Shown piece by piece: positions 15,097 to 23,072 of a stretch of DNA of 32,000 nucleotides; the stretch's first letter is position 1, and every line of letters starts with the position of its first letter. This DNA comes from an uncultured Clostridia bacterium. GTDB taxonomy: Bacteria; Bacillota; Clostridia; Christensenellales; UBA1242. Both the position numbers and the translations under genes were made by a program. The stretch is from NCBI GenBank assembly GCA_944350085.1, contig CALVNY010000009.1, forward strand, positions 67,317 to 99,316, read 5' to 3'. Under the pieces are notes generated by a model. It searched no databases and was not told the origin of the DNA. It saw nothing but the letters and a program-made list of their open reading frames with translations.

Positions 15097-16788
15097 TATT
15101 TCATCAAAAATTAATAATGGTTCTTCATTGTTATCTATTTCAAGCATACTTTTATCTAAAAACATATTGTCGCTTTTGTCACTAATTTGGCTTACTGCTT
15201 TGTAGGAATTTATAGTTTTTATTCTTTTAATATCCTCATCATTTACACAATCAAAATTTTGTCTTGCAGACTTTAAAATTTCAAAAAATGTGTCTATTTG
15301 AATTGGATTGCTGTTTTTTAAAATACTTAATGTTTTATTTAAAGCAATTTTATATTCTTCACAAATTTTACCATTTGTTGTGTAAGGCAAAATGTTTGTT
15401 TTATAAAGTTCATTTATTTGGTTGCATGCTTCAATATTTTGGACTTTTTCTTTTAATGCATTACTATCATCTGCAATTTTAAGCAATCCAAAATCTGTTT
15501 GCGAAAATTTTAAGTAAAATTTAGATTGATGCAGAGTGTTTGCAAAAAACAAAAAATTGTCGGTTGGTTTTTCTTCGGCAAAAATTGTTTTATTGTCAAC
15601 TGCATCAAAAGTTGGGTCAAACAATAAAATTCCATTGTAATTATATTTTTCATCATTTACTTTGCAAATAATTTTTGAATGTTCGCTTGACTTATTGTTG
15701 CTTAAATTTAGTTTGCAAGTTGAAATACAACAATTTATGTTGCATAAATCACATAATGTTTTAAATGTGTAAGAATATATAAAACAAACAATAAAATCAG
15801 AATTTAAGGAACTAAAAAAGTTTCTAGAAATGTTTTTGTTTTTGCTATCTAAGTAAGGTTTTGTTTTTACATAATCTTCAATAAGAACAAGTTTTTCAAG
15901 CGGTGACAAATTCAAACTATTAATTTTGTTTGCATATTTTTTTAAAGGATTAATTGTTTTAATGTATGATAAGTAAGTTAAATTTTCTTTGCCAACTATA
16001 AGATTTAACTTGCTTTTTACATTTTTTAAGTTTTTATTTATGTTATATAAATTTTCCCTATCGGAACTATTTATAAGAATATTGGGTAAAGATAAGTTAA
16101 ATGTGGTGCAACTATATTTTGAATTGTTTTTTGTGTACAATTCAACAATTTTTAAAGCGTTTTTAATACTACAACTTAAATTGATTTGAAACAAATTTTT
16201 ATTGAAGCCAAAAAATTGATTTAATTGTTGAAGTTCCTTTTCATCTAAATCCTGTGTTATATTAAGTTTGTTTAAATAATAATAATCGCTAAAAGAAAAT
16301 AAATCGTTGTTGCCACTTATTTTATTTAGATTAAATAACTTGTAATTTTGTATTGTTGAAAAAGTGATATTTTTTTTTGATAATAAATCAGCATCATCTA
16401 TGCTAATGTTGTTTTCAAAAATAAGGTTTTTAAAATTGTTTTTGCAACTTAAATTTAAAAAAGTGCTACAATCAAAATCACAATTTTTAGTAAAATAGAG
16501 ATTTTTAAATGAAATGTTGTTTTGCAATGATATGTTTTTTATAAAACTAAAAGAATTTAAAATAACTGAATTAAATTGTTTTTGTTTAATTGCGTTAGTT
16601 ATAATGCTGGTGCAGTATAGTTTGTGTTTAATATAAAAATCTTTATTTATTGCAACAACAACATTATTATTTTTGTTGTCGGTTTCTATGTCATAAATTG
16701 GAATAGCGTCGTTAAAAAAATTCCAATTATTTTCTATGTTATTGGAAAATGATATGTATATTGAATTTTTTCCTACTAAGTTTTTCAT
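15094..16788 (-). CDS. cytoplasmic Asn/Leu-rich repeat protein with a transglutaminase-like Cys-His-Asp core, hypothetical
   Basis: SD GAAGGAA. No signal peptide. The N-terminal 300 aa are LRR-like (NISFKNLYF..., NFKNLIFENNISI...). Residues about C335 (FIVCFIYSY), H370 (SEHSKII) and D391 (LLFDPTFD) have the spacing typical of transglutaminase-like cysteine protease folds. Confidence 0.75.
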   Translation of the reverse strand: MKNLVGKNSIYISFSNNIENNWNFFNDAIPIYDIETDNKNNNVVVAINKDFYIKHKLYCTSIITNAIKQKQFNSVILNSFSFIKNISLQNNISFKNLYFTKNCDFDCSTFLNLSCKNNFKNLIFENNISIDDADLLSKKNITFSTIQNYKLFNLNKISGNNDLFSFSDYYYLNKLNITQDLDEKELQQLNQFFGFNKNLFQINLSCSIKNALKIVELYTKNNSKYSCTTFNLSLPNILINSSDRENLYNINKNLKNVKSKLNLIVGKENLTYLSYIKTINPLKKYANKINSLNLSPLEKLVLIEDYVKTKPYLDSKNKNISRNFFSSLNSDFIVCFIYSYTFKTLCDLCNINCCISTCKLNLSNNKSSEHSKIICKVNDEKYNYNGILLFDPTFDAVDNKTIFAEEKPTDNFLFFANTLHQSKFYLKFSQTDFGLLKIADDSNALKEKVQNIEACNQINELYKTNILPYTTNGKICEEYKIALNKTLSILKNSNPIQIDTFFEILKSARQNFDCVNDEDIKRIKTINSYKAVSQISDKSDNMFLDKSMLEIDNNEEPLLIFDEI

Positions 16789-17000
16789 TAAAAGTTCCTT
16801 CTGCTTAATAATTTTAACATATTTATTTTGTTATTTCAATAGTAAAAATTTTAACTATTTTGCAACAATATTGATTAAAAAATTAGGAGTAAAAAATATT
16901 TAAATTTTAAAAAATTAATTACAACAAAATGTAAACATTTTTATTTCGAAATATAAATTTGATAAGTTTTAAATTTTAGTTATATATTGTTTTTATTGTT

Positions 17001-17030
17001 AAATATAAATATAAATATAAATATAAATTT
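17001..17030. repeat. hexanucleotide microsatellite (AAATAT)x4 plus a degenerate unit
   Basis: AAATAT repeated perfectly over 17001-17024, followed by AAATTT. Intergenic. Confidence 0.9.
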
Positions 17031-17057
17031 AATAGTGGCGTTATAATAAATATAAAT

Positions 17058-17086
17058 AAAAAAAGCAGATTTGAATCTGCTTTTTA
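17058..17086. terminator. bidirectional terminator downstream of the YitT-family gene
   Basis: Stem AAAGCAGAT / ATCTGCTTT (core GCAGAT 17065-17070 / ATCTGC 17075-17080), 4-nt loop, flanking A and T runs. Confidence 0.8.
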
Positions 17087-17116
17087 TGTTAAAAATAAAA
17101 TAGAATTTAAAATATA

Positions 17117-18244
17117 TTAAATATCTTTTGGTTTATTTTTTTGTGTTTTTTTGGTTTTATTGTTGTTTAAATTATCTTCTGGTGTTGAAACGATGTTGTT
17201 ATTTGTGTTTGCATTTTCATTGTTTTTGCAATCATTTTCAACATTTTCAATTTCAACATTTTTAGTTGCGTCATCGATGCTGTTATCTTCAACTTTTTCA
17301 TTTTGTAATTCAATAGGTTTATTTGAGTTTTGGCTATTAATTTTGGACAATTTTTTCTTTTTTTCATTTTTCTTTTGTTGAGGAACATAAAAACCATTTC
17401 CTAAAACTTCATTTATGTTAGTGCTAAAAACAAATGCTTCGGGGTCAATTTCTAAAACCAATTTTTTAAGCATAGGTGCACGATATTTGTTTATCAAGCA
17501 AAGTATCATACTTTTATCTTGGTGTGTGTACATACCTGTTGATTTTATTTCAGTTGCGCCTCTTTTTATGGTTTCAAAAATTTTGTTTGAAACTTCTTCT
17601 TTTTTGTTTGTAATTATGTAGTATGCTTTAATTCCTCTTGAACCATCAATTACAAGGTCTGTTATTTCACTTGCCAAGCAAACTGTAATTAAAGAGTAAA
17701 GCAAACTATTTGCACCATAAGCTAAAACACTTAAAAGTAAAACAATTGAATCACAAATAAAAATTATTTGACCAGTTTTTAATTTTATTGTTATGCTTCT
17801 AACAATTGTTGCAAGCATATCACAACCACCAGTTGAACCATTATTTTTTAAAACAATTCCTGAACCTAAGCCAAACAAGGTGCCACCATATAGTGAACAA
17901 ACAAGTAAATCATCTTTAACATAAAAATTAAACAAACTGGTTACTTCCATTGAAACGGAAAATGAAACAATTCCAATTAATGCAAAAATAGCAAATTTTT
18001 TACCAACTAATTTATAAGCAAAAATATATAAACCTATGTTTAAAATCAAATAAATTATTGATGGATTAATGTTTATTTGAATTTTATTTAAAAAAAATGC
18101 AATAACTGCTGCAAGTCCACTAAATCCGCCAGATGATATGTTGTTTGGTGTTAAAAACAAATTAAATCCAATGCCCATTATAATTGTTCCTACAACTATC
18201 ATTAAACCGTTTAAAATGTCTCTCTTTAAACTTTCATTTTTCAT
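17117..18244 (-). CDS. YitT family (DUF2179) membrane protein with a ~90-aa low-complexity C-terminal extension
   Basis: SSGGFSGLA and GSTGGCDM motifs, five to six TM spans, DUF2179-like domain (GATEIKSTGMYT...). SD GGAGAA. The tail is rich in Lys, Asn and Glu. Confidence 0.85.
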   Translation of the reverse strand: MKNESLKRDILNGLMIVVGTIIMGIGFNLFLTPNNISSGGFSGLAAVIAFFLNKIQININPSIIYLILNIGLYIFAYKLVGKKFAIFALIGIVSFSVSMEVTSLFNFYVKDDLLVCSLYGGTLFGLGSGIVLKNNGSTGGCDMLATIVRSITIKLKTGQIIFICDSIVLLLSVLAYGANSLLYSLITVCLASEITDLVIDGSRGIKAYYIITNKKEEVSNKIFETIKRGATEIKSTGMYTHQDKSMILCLINKYRAPMLKKLVLEIDPEAFVFSTNINEVLGNGFYVPQQKKNEKKKKLSKINSQNSNKPIELQNEKVEDNSIDDATKNVEIENVENDCKNNENANTNNNIVSTPEDNLNNNKTKKTQKNKPKDI

Positions 18245-18508
18245 ATAAAAAAATTCTCCTTAAATGCTTCAATAGTATATAACAATTAAAAGATATTTTC
18301 AATTACTTAATTTAATTTTTATATTTAAAATCAAAAAAACACACAAAATAATTTTAATATAAAAAGATGTAATTAAAATTACATATAATAATTATTATAA
18401 AAACCCTTAAAATGTCATAAAAAATTTAAAAAAATTTAAAATTTTGTTAAAGAAATTTATTATGTAATAGCAAAGCACAAAATATTATTAAAAAATATTA
18501 AACACTTA

Positions 18509-18537
18509 TTGACTAATTTTAGATAATATAATATACT
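18509..18537 (+). promoter_or_regulatory. sigma-A type promoter of the metG leader
   Basis: TTGACT (18509-18514), 17-nt spacer, TATACT (18532-18537). Confidence 0.6.
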
Positions 18538-18668
18538 TTTAATGTTCTAGGAGAAATTTATGAACAGTATTTTACTTCAACAACAACAAAACATAAATTT
18601 TTAGTGTATTAATTTTTTTAGTACACAAAGTTTTGTATGCTTTGGGTAAAATGAGTAAATTAAATATT

Positions 18669-18704
18669 AAACACCTTAAAGCGATTTAAGGTGTTTTATT
18701 TTTT
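18669..18704 (+). terminator. leader terminator (attenuator) immediately upstream of metG
   Basis: Perfect 12-bp stem AAACACCTTAAA (18669-18680) / TTTAAGGTGTTT (18685-18696), GCGA loop, T-rich tail to 18704. It ends 16 nt before the metG ATG. Confidence 0.75.
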
Positions 18705-18720
18705 ATAAAAGGGGATTAAT

Positions 18721-20730
18721 ATGAAAGATTTTGGTGATATTAGATTAAAAAATATGATAGAACACAGACCTGCAATAAAAAAGAGAGCTGTTGTAACAAG
18801 TGGATTACCTTATGGCAATAAATCACTTCATTGTGGGCATATAACATTGTTTATTCATTCCGATTTTTTTGCAAGATTTATGCGTGATAGAATTGGATTT
18901 GAAAATGTTATTTATCAATCAGGCACAGATTGCTATGGAAGCCCAGCAATGGAAGGATATAGAAAAGCAGTTGAAAAAGAAGGCTACAAGGGGACCATTG
19001 TTGATTATGTTACAAAATATCATAATATACAAAAGGACATTTTAGATTCCTATCATATTTCAACTAACATATATGGAGCAAGTGCATTTGGTGAAGAAAA
19101 ACCTTTTCATGATGAATTTAGTGCAGAAATTTTTAAAAAATTAATTGAATCTGGCTCAATGGAATATAAAAGCACTTTGCAATTTTTTGATAAAAAAATG
19201 AATTGCTTTTTAAATGGTAGGCAGGTTGTGGGGAAATGCCCTATTGATGGTTGTTTAAGCGAACACGCTTATGCTGATGAGTGCGATTTAGGACATCAAT
19301 ATATGCCAAAAGAACTTATAAACCCTGTAAGCGTACTAAGTGGCGAAACTCCTGAATTTAAAGAAGTTGGAAACTGGTATTTTAATGTAGAAAACTATAT
19401 TGATGAACTAAAAGAGTGGTTAGATTATCTTGATAAAAACACTTCAACTAGAAAATATATGATTAAGGAAGTTAGAGAATTTTTAAAGAAACCTGAAATC
19501 TATATAAAACAAGAATATTTAGAAAAATTTAAGGAAATTGAATTTTTGCTTCCAACATTTGAATATGCCGATGAAACTAAAAATTCTTTTACAGTAATAT
19601 TTAATAAATTAAGTGACAGAGAGTTTGCGTGTGAAATGTTGACCGATGCAGGAATTAGATATAGAACAGGAAAAACTTTAACTCCATTTAGAATTACGGG
19701 AAATTTGGAGTGGGGAGTTAAGTGTCCAGACACAGACAAAAGCAAAGACTTAACATTTTATGTTTGGCCAGAAAGTTTGTGGGCACAAATTTCATTGACA
19801 AAAGCATATTTAAATAGAACTGGCAAAGCCAATACTTGGAAAGATTGGTGGTGCAGTAAAGATTGTAATGTTTATCAATTTATTGGAGAAGACAACATTT
19901 ATTTTTATGGACCTGTTCAAATGGCATTGTGGCTTGCAACACAAGGCAAAAATCCAACAATGGACATTAAAGATGGCGATTTGATGGTTGATAATATTGT
20001 TGCAAATAAGCATACTTTGTTTTTGAATAATAAAGCAAGTAGTAGTGCCGACATTAAGCCTCCAATGGCAAACGAACTTTTAAATTATTACACTGAAGAA
20101 CAATTAAGAATGCATTATTTAACAATGAATGTTTCAAATAATAGTGCAAACTTTATGCCAAAAGCATTTAATCCAAATGCAGACCCAAATGAAATAGACC
20201 CTGTAGTTAGAGAATACAATTTATTAACCAATGTGTTTAATAGGGTTTTAAGAAATTTGTGCTACACATGGCAAAGAGATTTTGATGGTGTTATGCCTTA
20301 CGGCACACCAGACACCGAATTTTTGATTGAAGGCAATTTAACAATGCTTAAAGTTGAAAAGTTTATGATGGAACAAAAATTCCATATGGTTTGCTACGAA
20401 CTAGACACATATATTAGAAATATGAACAAATATTTTGCTAAAAATTCTAGTATGTTTGAAAAAGACAAAAATTTAGAAAAACAAGTTATTGTTAACACTT
20501 TGCATATGGTTAGAGTTGCAATAACGCTTCTTCATCCAGTTGCTCCAACAAGCATTGAAAAACTAGTTAAATTTATGGGAATTGATGAAAAAATATTTAG
20601 TTGGAAGGAAGAAGAAAAATTGATTTATGATTTTATTGAAAATCCAAAAAATCACAAACCGACATTTTTAAATCCTAAGGAAGATTTCTTTGTTAAGCAC
20701 CCAAGCCAATACGAAGAAACAAATGAATAA
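18721..20730 (+). CDS. metG: methionine--tRNA ligase (class I, no C-terminal dimerisation/tRNA-binding appendix)
   Basis: LPYGNKSLHCGH (HIGH region), GTDCYGSP, knuckle CPIDGC...ECDLGH, FYVWPESL (compare YVWLDA), QFIGEDNIYFY (compare FIGKDI). The KMSKS position reads KASSS. SD AAAGGGG. Confidence 0.85.
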   Translation: MKDFGDIRLKNMIEHRPAIKKRAVVTSGLPYGNKSLHCGHITLFIHSDFFARFMRDRIGFENVIYQSGTDCYGSPAMEGYRKAVEKEGYKGTIVDYVTKYHNIQKDILDSYHISTNIYGASAFGEEKPFHDEFSAEIFKKLIESGSMEYKSTLQFFDKKMNCFLNGRQVVGKCPIDGCLSEHAYADECDLGHQYMPKELINPVSVLSGETPEFKEVGNWYFNVENYIDELKEWLDYLDKNTSTRKYMIKEVREFLKKPEIYIKQEYLEKFKEIEFLLPTFEYADETKNSFTVIFNKLSDREFACEMLTDAGIRYRTGKTLTPFRITGNLEWGVKCPDTDKSKDLTFYVWPESLWAQISLTKAYLNRTGKANTWKDWWCSKDCNVYQFIGEDNIYFYGPVQMALWLATQGKNPTMDIKDGDLMVDNIVANKHTLFLNNKASSSADIKPPMANELLNYYTEEQLRMHYLTMNVSNNSANFMPKAFNPNADPNEIDPVVREYNLLTNVFNRVLRNLCYTWQRDFDGVMPYGTPDTEFLIEGNLTMLKVEKFMMEQKFHMVCYELDTYIRNMNKYFAKNSSMFEKDKNLEKQVIVNTLHMVRVAITLLHPVAPTSIEKLVKFMGIDEKIFSWKEEEKLIYDFIENPKNHKPTFLNPKEDFFVKHPSQYEETNE

Positions 20731-20763
20731 TAAAAATAGAAAATTAATAATAAAAATAGAAAA
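20726..20763 (+). repeat. tandem duplication (18 of 18 nt identical, 20-nt period) spanning the metG stop codon
   Basis: AATAATAAAAATAGAAAA at 20726-20743 and again at 20746-20763. Confidence 0.9.
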
Positions 20764-20788
20764 CTCACACTTTTAGTGCGAGTTTTTT
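20764..20788 (+). terminator. metG terminator
   Basis: Stem CTCACAC / GTGCGAG (6 of 7 bp), loop TTTTA, then T6. Confidence 0.65.
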
Positions 20789-20942
20789 ACTTTTTTAATT
20801 TTTGTTTTGAAAAATAAAAATTAATTGTTATAATATAATCAGTAATTTGTGGCAAAAATAAAATTTGACAAAATTATTATTTGTGCCTTAATAAATTTTA
20901 AAATTAAATATGCAATTAACTATTTAAAATAAAGGATATATT

Positions 20943-21305
20943 ATGGAAAAGAAAAATTTAATGACATATTTTTTAATACCAATTATTATGGTTATTATGT
21001 TTTTAACAATAATGATAAGCATTGCAATTTTTTCTCCTAAAAACTGTGTTGTAAAAATATACACTTTTACTGAAACAGGGGAAGAAGTTAATGTTGGTGC
21101 ATTAAGAAATTATTATTATAGATCGCCAAGAGTTGGTATGTTAATTACAGGGCTTGACAAAGTTTCTACCAACTATATTTTGGAAGGATATTATTTTAAT
21201 TACAACAAAGAAACTAACGAATTTACTAACAAAATTCCTGACACATATAAATTTGAAGAAAACATTGTGATTTATGCAAAATATGTTAGTTCAACCACTG
21301 ATTAA
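20943..21305 (+). CDS. small membrane-anchored protein with one Listeria-Bacteroides (Flg_new-like) repeat
   Basis: N-terminal TM (YFLIPIIMVIMFLTIMISIAIF). The C-terminal NYILEGYYFNYNKETNEFTNKIP...ENIVIYAKY resembles the GYxFxGWY...LYAKW repeat. Extended -10 TTGTTATAAT at 20825-20834. Confidence 0.7.
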   Translation: MEKKNLMTYFLIPIIMVIMFLTIMISIAIFSPKNCVVKIYTFTETGEEVNVGALRNYYYRSPRVGMLITGLDKVSTNYILEGYYFNYNKETNEFTNKIPDTYKFEENIVIYAKYVSSTTD

Positions 21306-21306
21306 A

Positions 21307-21337
21307 TAAAAAACACTTTTAAGCAAAGTGTTTTTTT
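21307..21337. terminator. bidirectional terminator between the convergent 20943 gene and glpK
   Basis: 9-bp stem AAACACTTT (21311-21319) / AAAGTGTTT (21325-21333), 5-nt loop, A-run and T-run flanks. Confidence 0.85.
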
Positions 21338-21425
21338 ATTTTTTTATATTTAATATTTTTCAATTTTTTTAATTTATAATTTTTTAATTTAATATTAAAA
21401 GTTTATATTTAATTTTAAGATTATA

Positions 21426-22892
21426 TTATAAATCCCAATCAAAAGTTCGTTTTACTGCTTTTTCCCATTTGTTGTACAATTTTTGCCTTGTTTTAGGGGA
21501 AATTTCACTTGTGAAAGTTTTGCTTGAATAAAACATATTTTTGATGTCGGAAATTGAGCAAGTGTTAGTTGCAACCAAAACCATGTAAATTGCTCCCATG
21601 GCAGTGGCTTCGGTGTTGTTGTTTTTAACAACTGGTTTGTTAATCATATTTGCTTGAAATTGTAAAAGGAAATTGTTTCGGCTTCCTCCACCATCAACCC
21701 TTAGTTCGCTTACATTTTGGTTGGCAAGTTTCATTTCGTCAAGAATTGCTTTAACGTTGTATGCCATACTTTCAAGCCCAGCTCGAACAATATGTTCCTT
21801 TTTTGTGTTTAGTGTTAGTCCAATAATTGTTCCTTTTGAATTGCTATTCCAATATGGTGCTCCAAGTCCTGTGAACGCAGGAACAAAATAAACTCCGTCA
21901 GTGTCGGGTACACTTAAAGCCATTTTTTCGGTTTCTTGTGCTTTTTCAAAAAAGTTCAAATTATGTTGCATCCAGTTAATTGTGTTGCAAGCACTAAAAA
22001 CACTACCTTCCAAAGCGTAATTAGTTTTGCCGTTTATTGTGTAGGCAATAGTTGTTAACATATTATTAACACTTGCTGGTTTTGTGCCAGAGTTTAATAG
22101 CACAAAACAACCTGTTCCGTAAGTTGCTTTGGCTTGTCCTTTGTTTAGGCAAGATTGCCCAAACAAACTGCTTTGTTGGTCGCCAATCATTGCACACAAT
22201 GGAATTTCAGGGAAATCAATTAAGTTTCCAATAATATGGTTGCAATCTACAACTTCTGGTAAAATTTCTTTTGGGATTTTAAAAAAGTTTAATAGTTCAT
22301 CGTCCCAGCACATTTTGTGAATATTAAAAAGCATTGTTCTGCTGGCATTTGTTGTGTCGGTGTAAAATTTGCCAGTTAATTTAAAACTTAAATAACTATC
22401 AATTGTTCCAACGCATAAATTGTGTTGTTTAATTAAAGTTTTTGCTTTTGGAACATTTTCTAAAATCCACTTGATTTTGCTTGCACTAAAATAGGCATCG
22501 GCAATAAGACCTGTTTTTTCTTTTATTTTGTCTAGCATTTCTTTCGACAAACTTTCAATAAATTTGCTTGTTCTTCTGCATTGCCAAACAATAGCACGAG
22601 TAATAGGTTTGCCTGTTGATTTGTCCCAAGCAACCACAGTTTCTCTTTGATTAGTAATTCCAACGCCTAAAACTTCTTCTGGTTTTATCTTATTTTCGGA
22701 AAGTACTTTTTTGAATGTGTAATATTGGCTTGCCCATATTTCTTCGGCATCTTGTTCTACCCAACCAATTTTTGGATAATATTGTTTAAAAGGTGCGCCA
22801 ACAATGTTTAAAATTGAATTTGTTTGAATATCATATAAAACACTTCTACAACTTGTAGTACCTTCATCAAGACCAATTACATATCTTTTCAT
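21426..22892 (-). CDS. glpK: glycerol kinase
   Basis: FGGY kinase N-terminus YVIGLDEGTTSCRSVLYD, ETVVAWDK, GDQQSSLFGQ, GTGCFVL, VDGGGSRNNFLLQFQA. SD AAGGAG. Confidence 0.95.
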   Translation of the reverse strand: MKRYVIGLDEGTTSCRSVLYDIQTNSILNIVGAPFKQYYPKIGWVEQDAEEIWASQYYTFKKVLSENKIKPEEVLGVGITNQRETVVAWDKSTGKPITRAIVWQCRRTSKFIESLSKEMLDKIKEKTGLIADAYFSASKIKWILENVPKAKTLIKQHNLCVGTIDSYLSFKLTGKFYTDTTNASRTMLFNIHKMCWDDELLNFFKIPKEILPEVVDCNHIIGNLIDFPEIPLCAMIGDQQSSLFGQSCLNKGQAKATYGTGCFVLLNSGTKPASVNNMLTTIAYTINGKTNYALEGSVFSACNTINWMQHNLNFFEKAQETEKMALSVPDTDGVYFVPAFTGLGAPYWNSNSKGTIIGLTLNTKKEHIVRAGLESMAYNVKAILDEMKLANQNVSELRVDGGGSRNNFLLQFQANMINKPVVKNNNTEATAMGAIYMVLVATNTCSISDIKNMFYSSKTFTSEISPKTRQKLYNKWEKAVKRTFDWDL

Positions 22893-23013
22893 AATACTAC
22901 TCCTTAAATTTATCTACTTATATGATAACAAATAATAAAAAAATAATTAATTAAATTGCGAGTATAAATTCTAATTTTCAAAATAAATTAAATTAGAGTT
23001 TGAAGTTTAATAA

Positions 23014-23042
23014 TTGACTTAAAATTAATTAAAGTATATTAT
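23014..23042 (+). promoter_or_regulatory. sigma-A type promoter of the G3P dehydrogenase operon, divergent from glpK
   Basis: TTGACT (23014-23019), 17-nt spacer, TATTAT (23037-23042). Confidence 0.55.
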
Positions 23043-23072
23043 GAAAATGTAAGAAAATGTTGAGAGGTGCAA

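Noticed and set aside
17001-17060. Repeated ATAAAT/TATAAA units as a possible CRISPR-like or iteron array
   Set aside because: The unit is 6 nt with no spacers, so it is a simple microsatellite in AT-rich DNA.
18545-18720. T-box riboswitch upstream of metG
   Set aside because: No T-box 14-mer, no UGGN bulge matching an ACCA tRNA end in a credible antiterminator, and no stem I K-turn or distal-loop motifs. The leader is also shorter than typical. It is kept as a generic attenuator instead.
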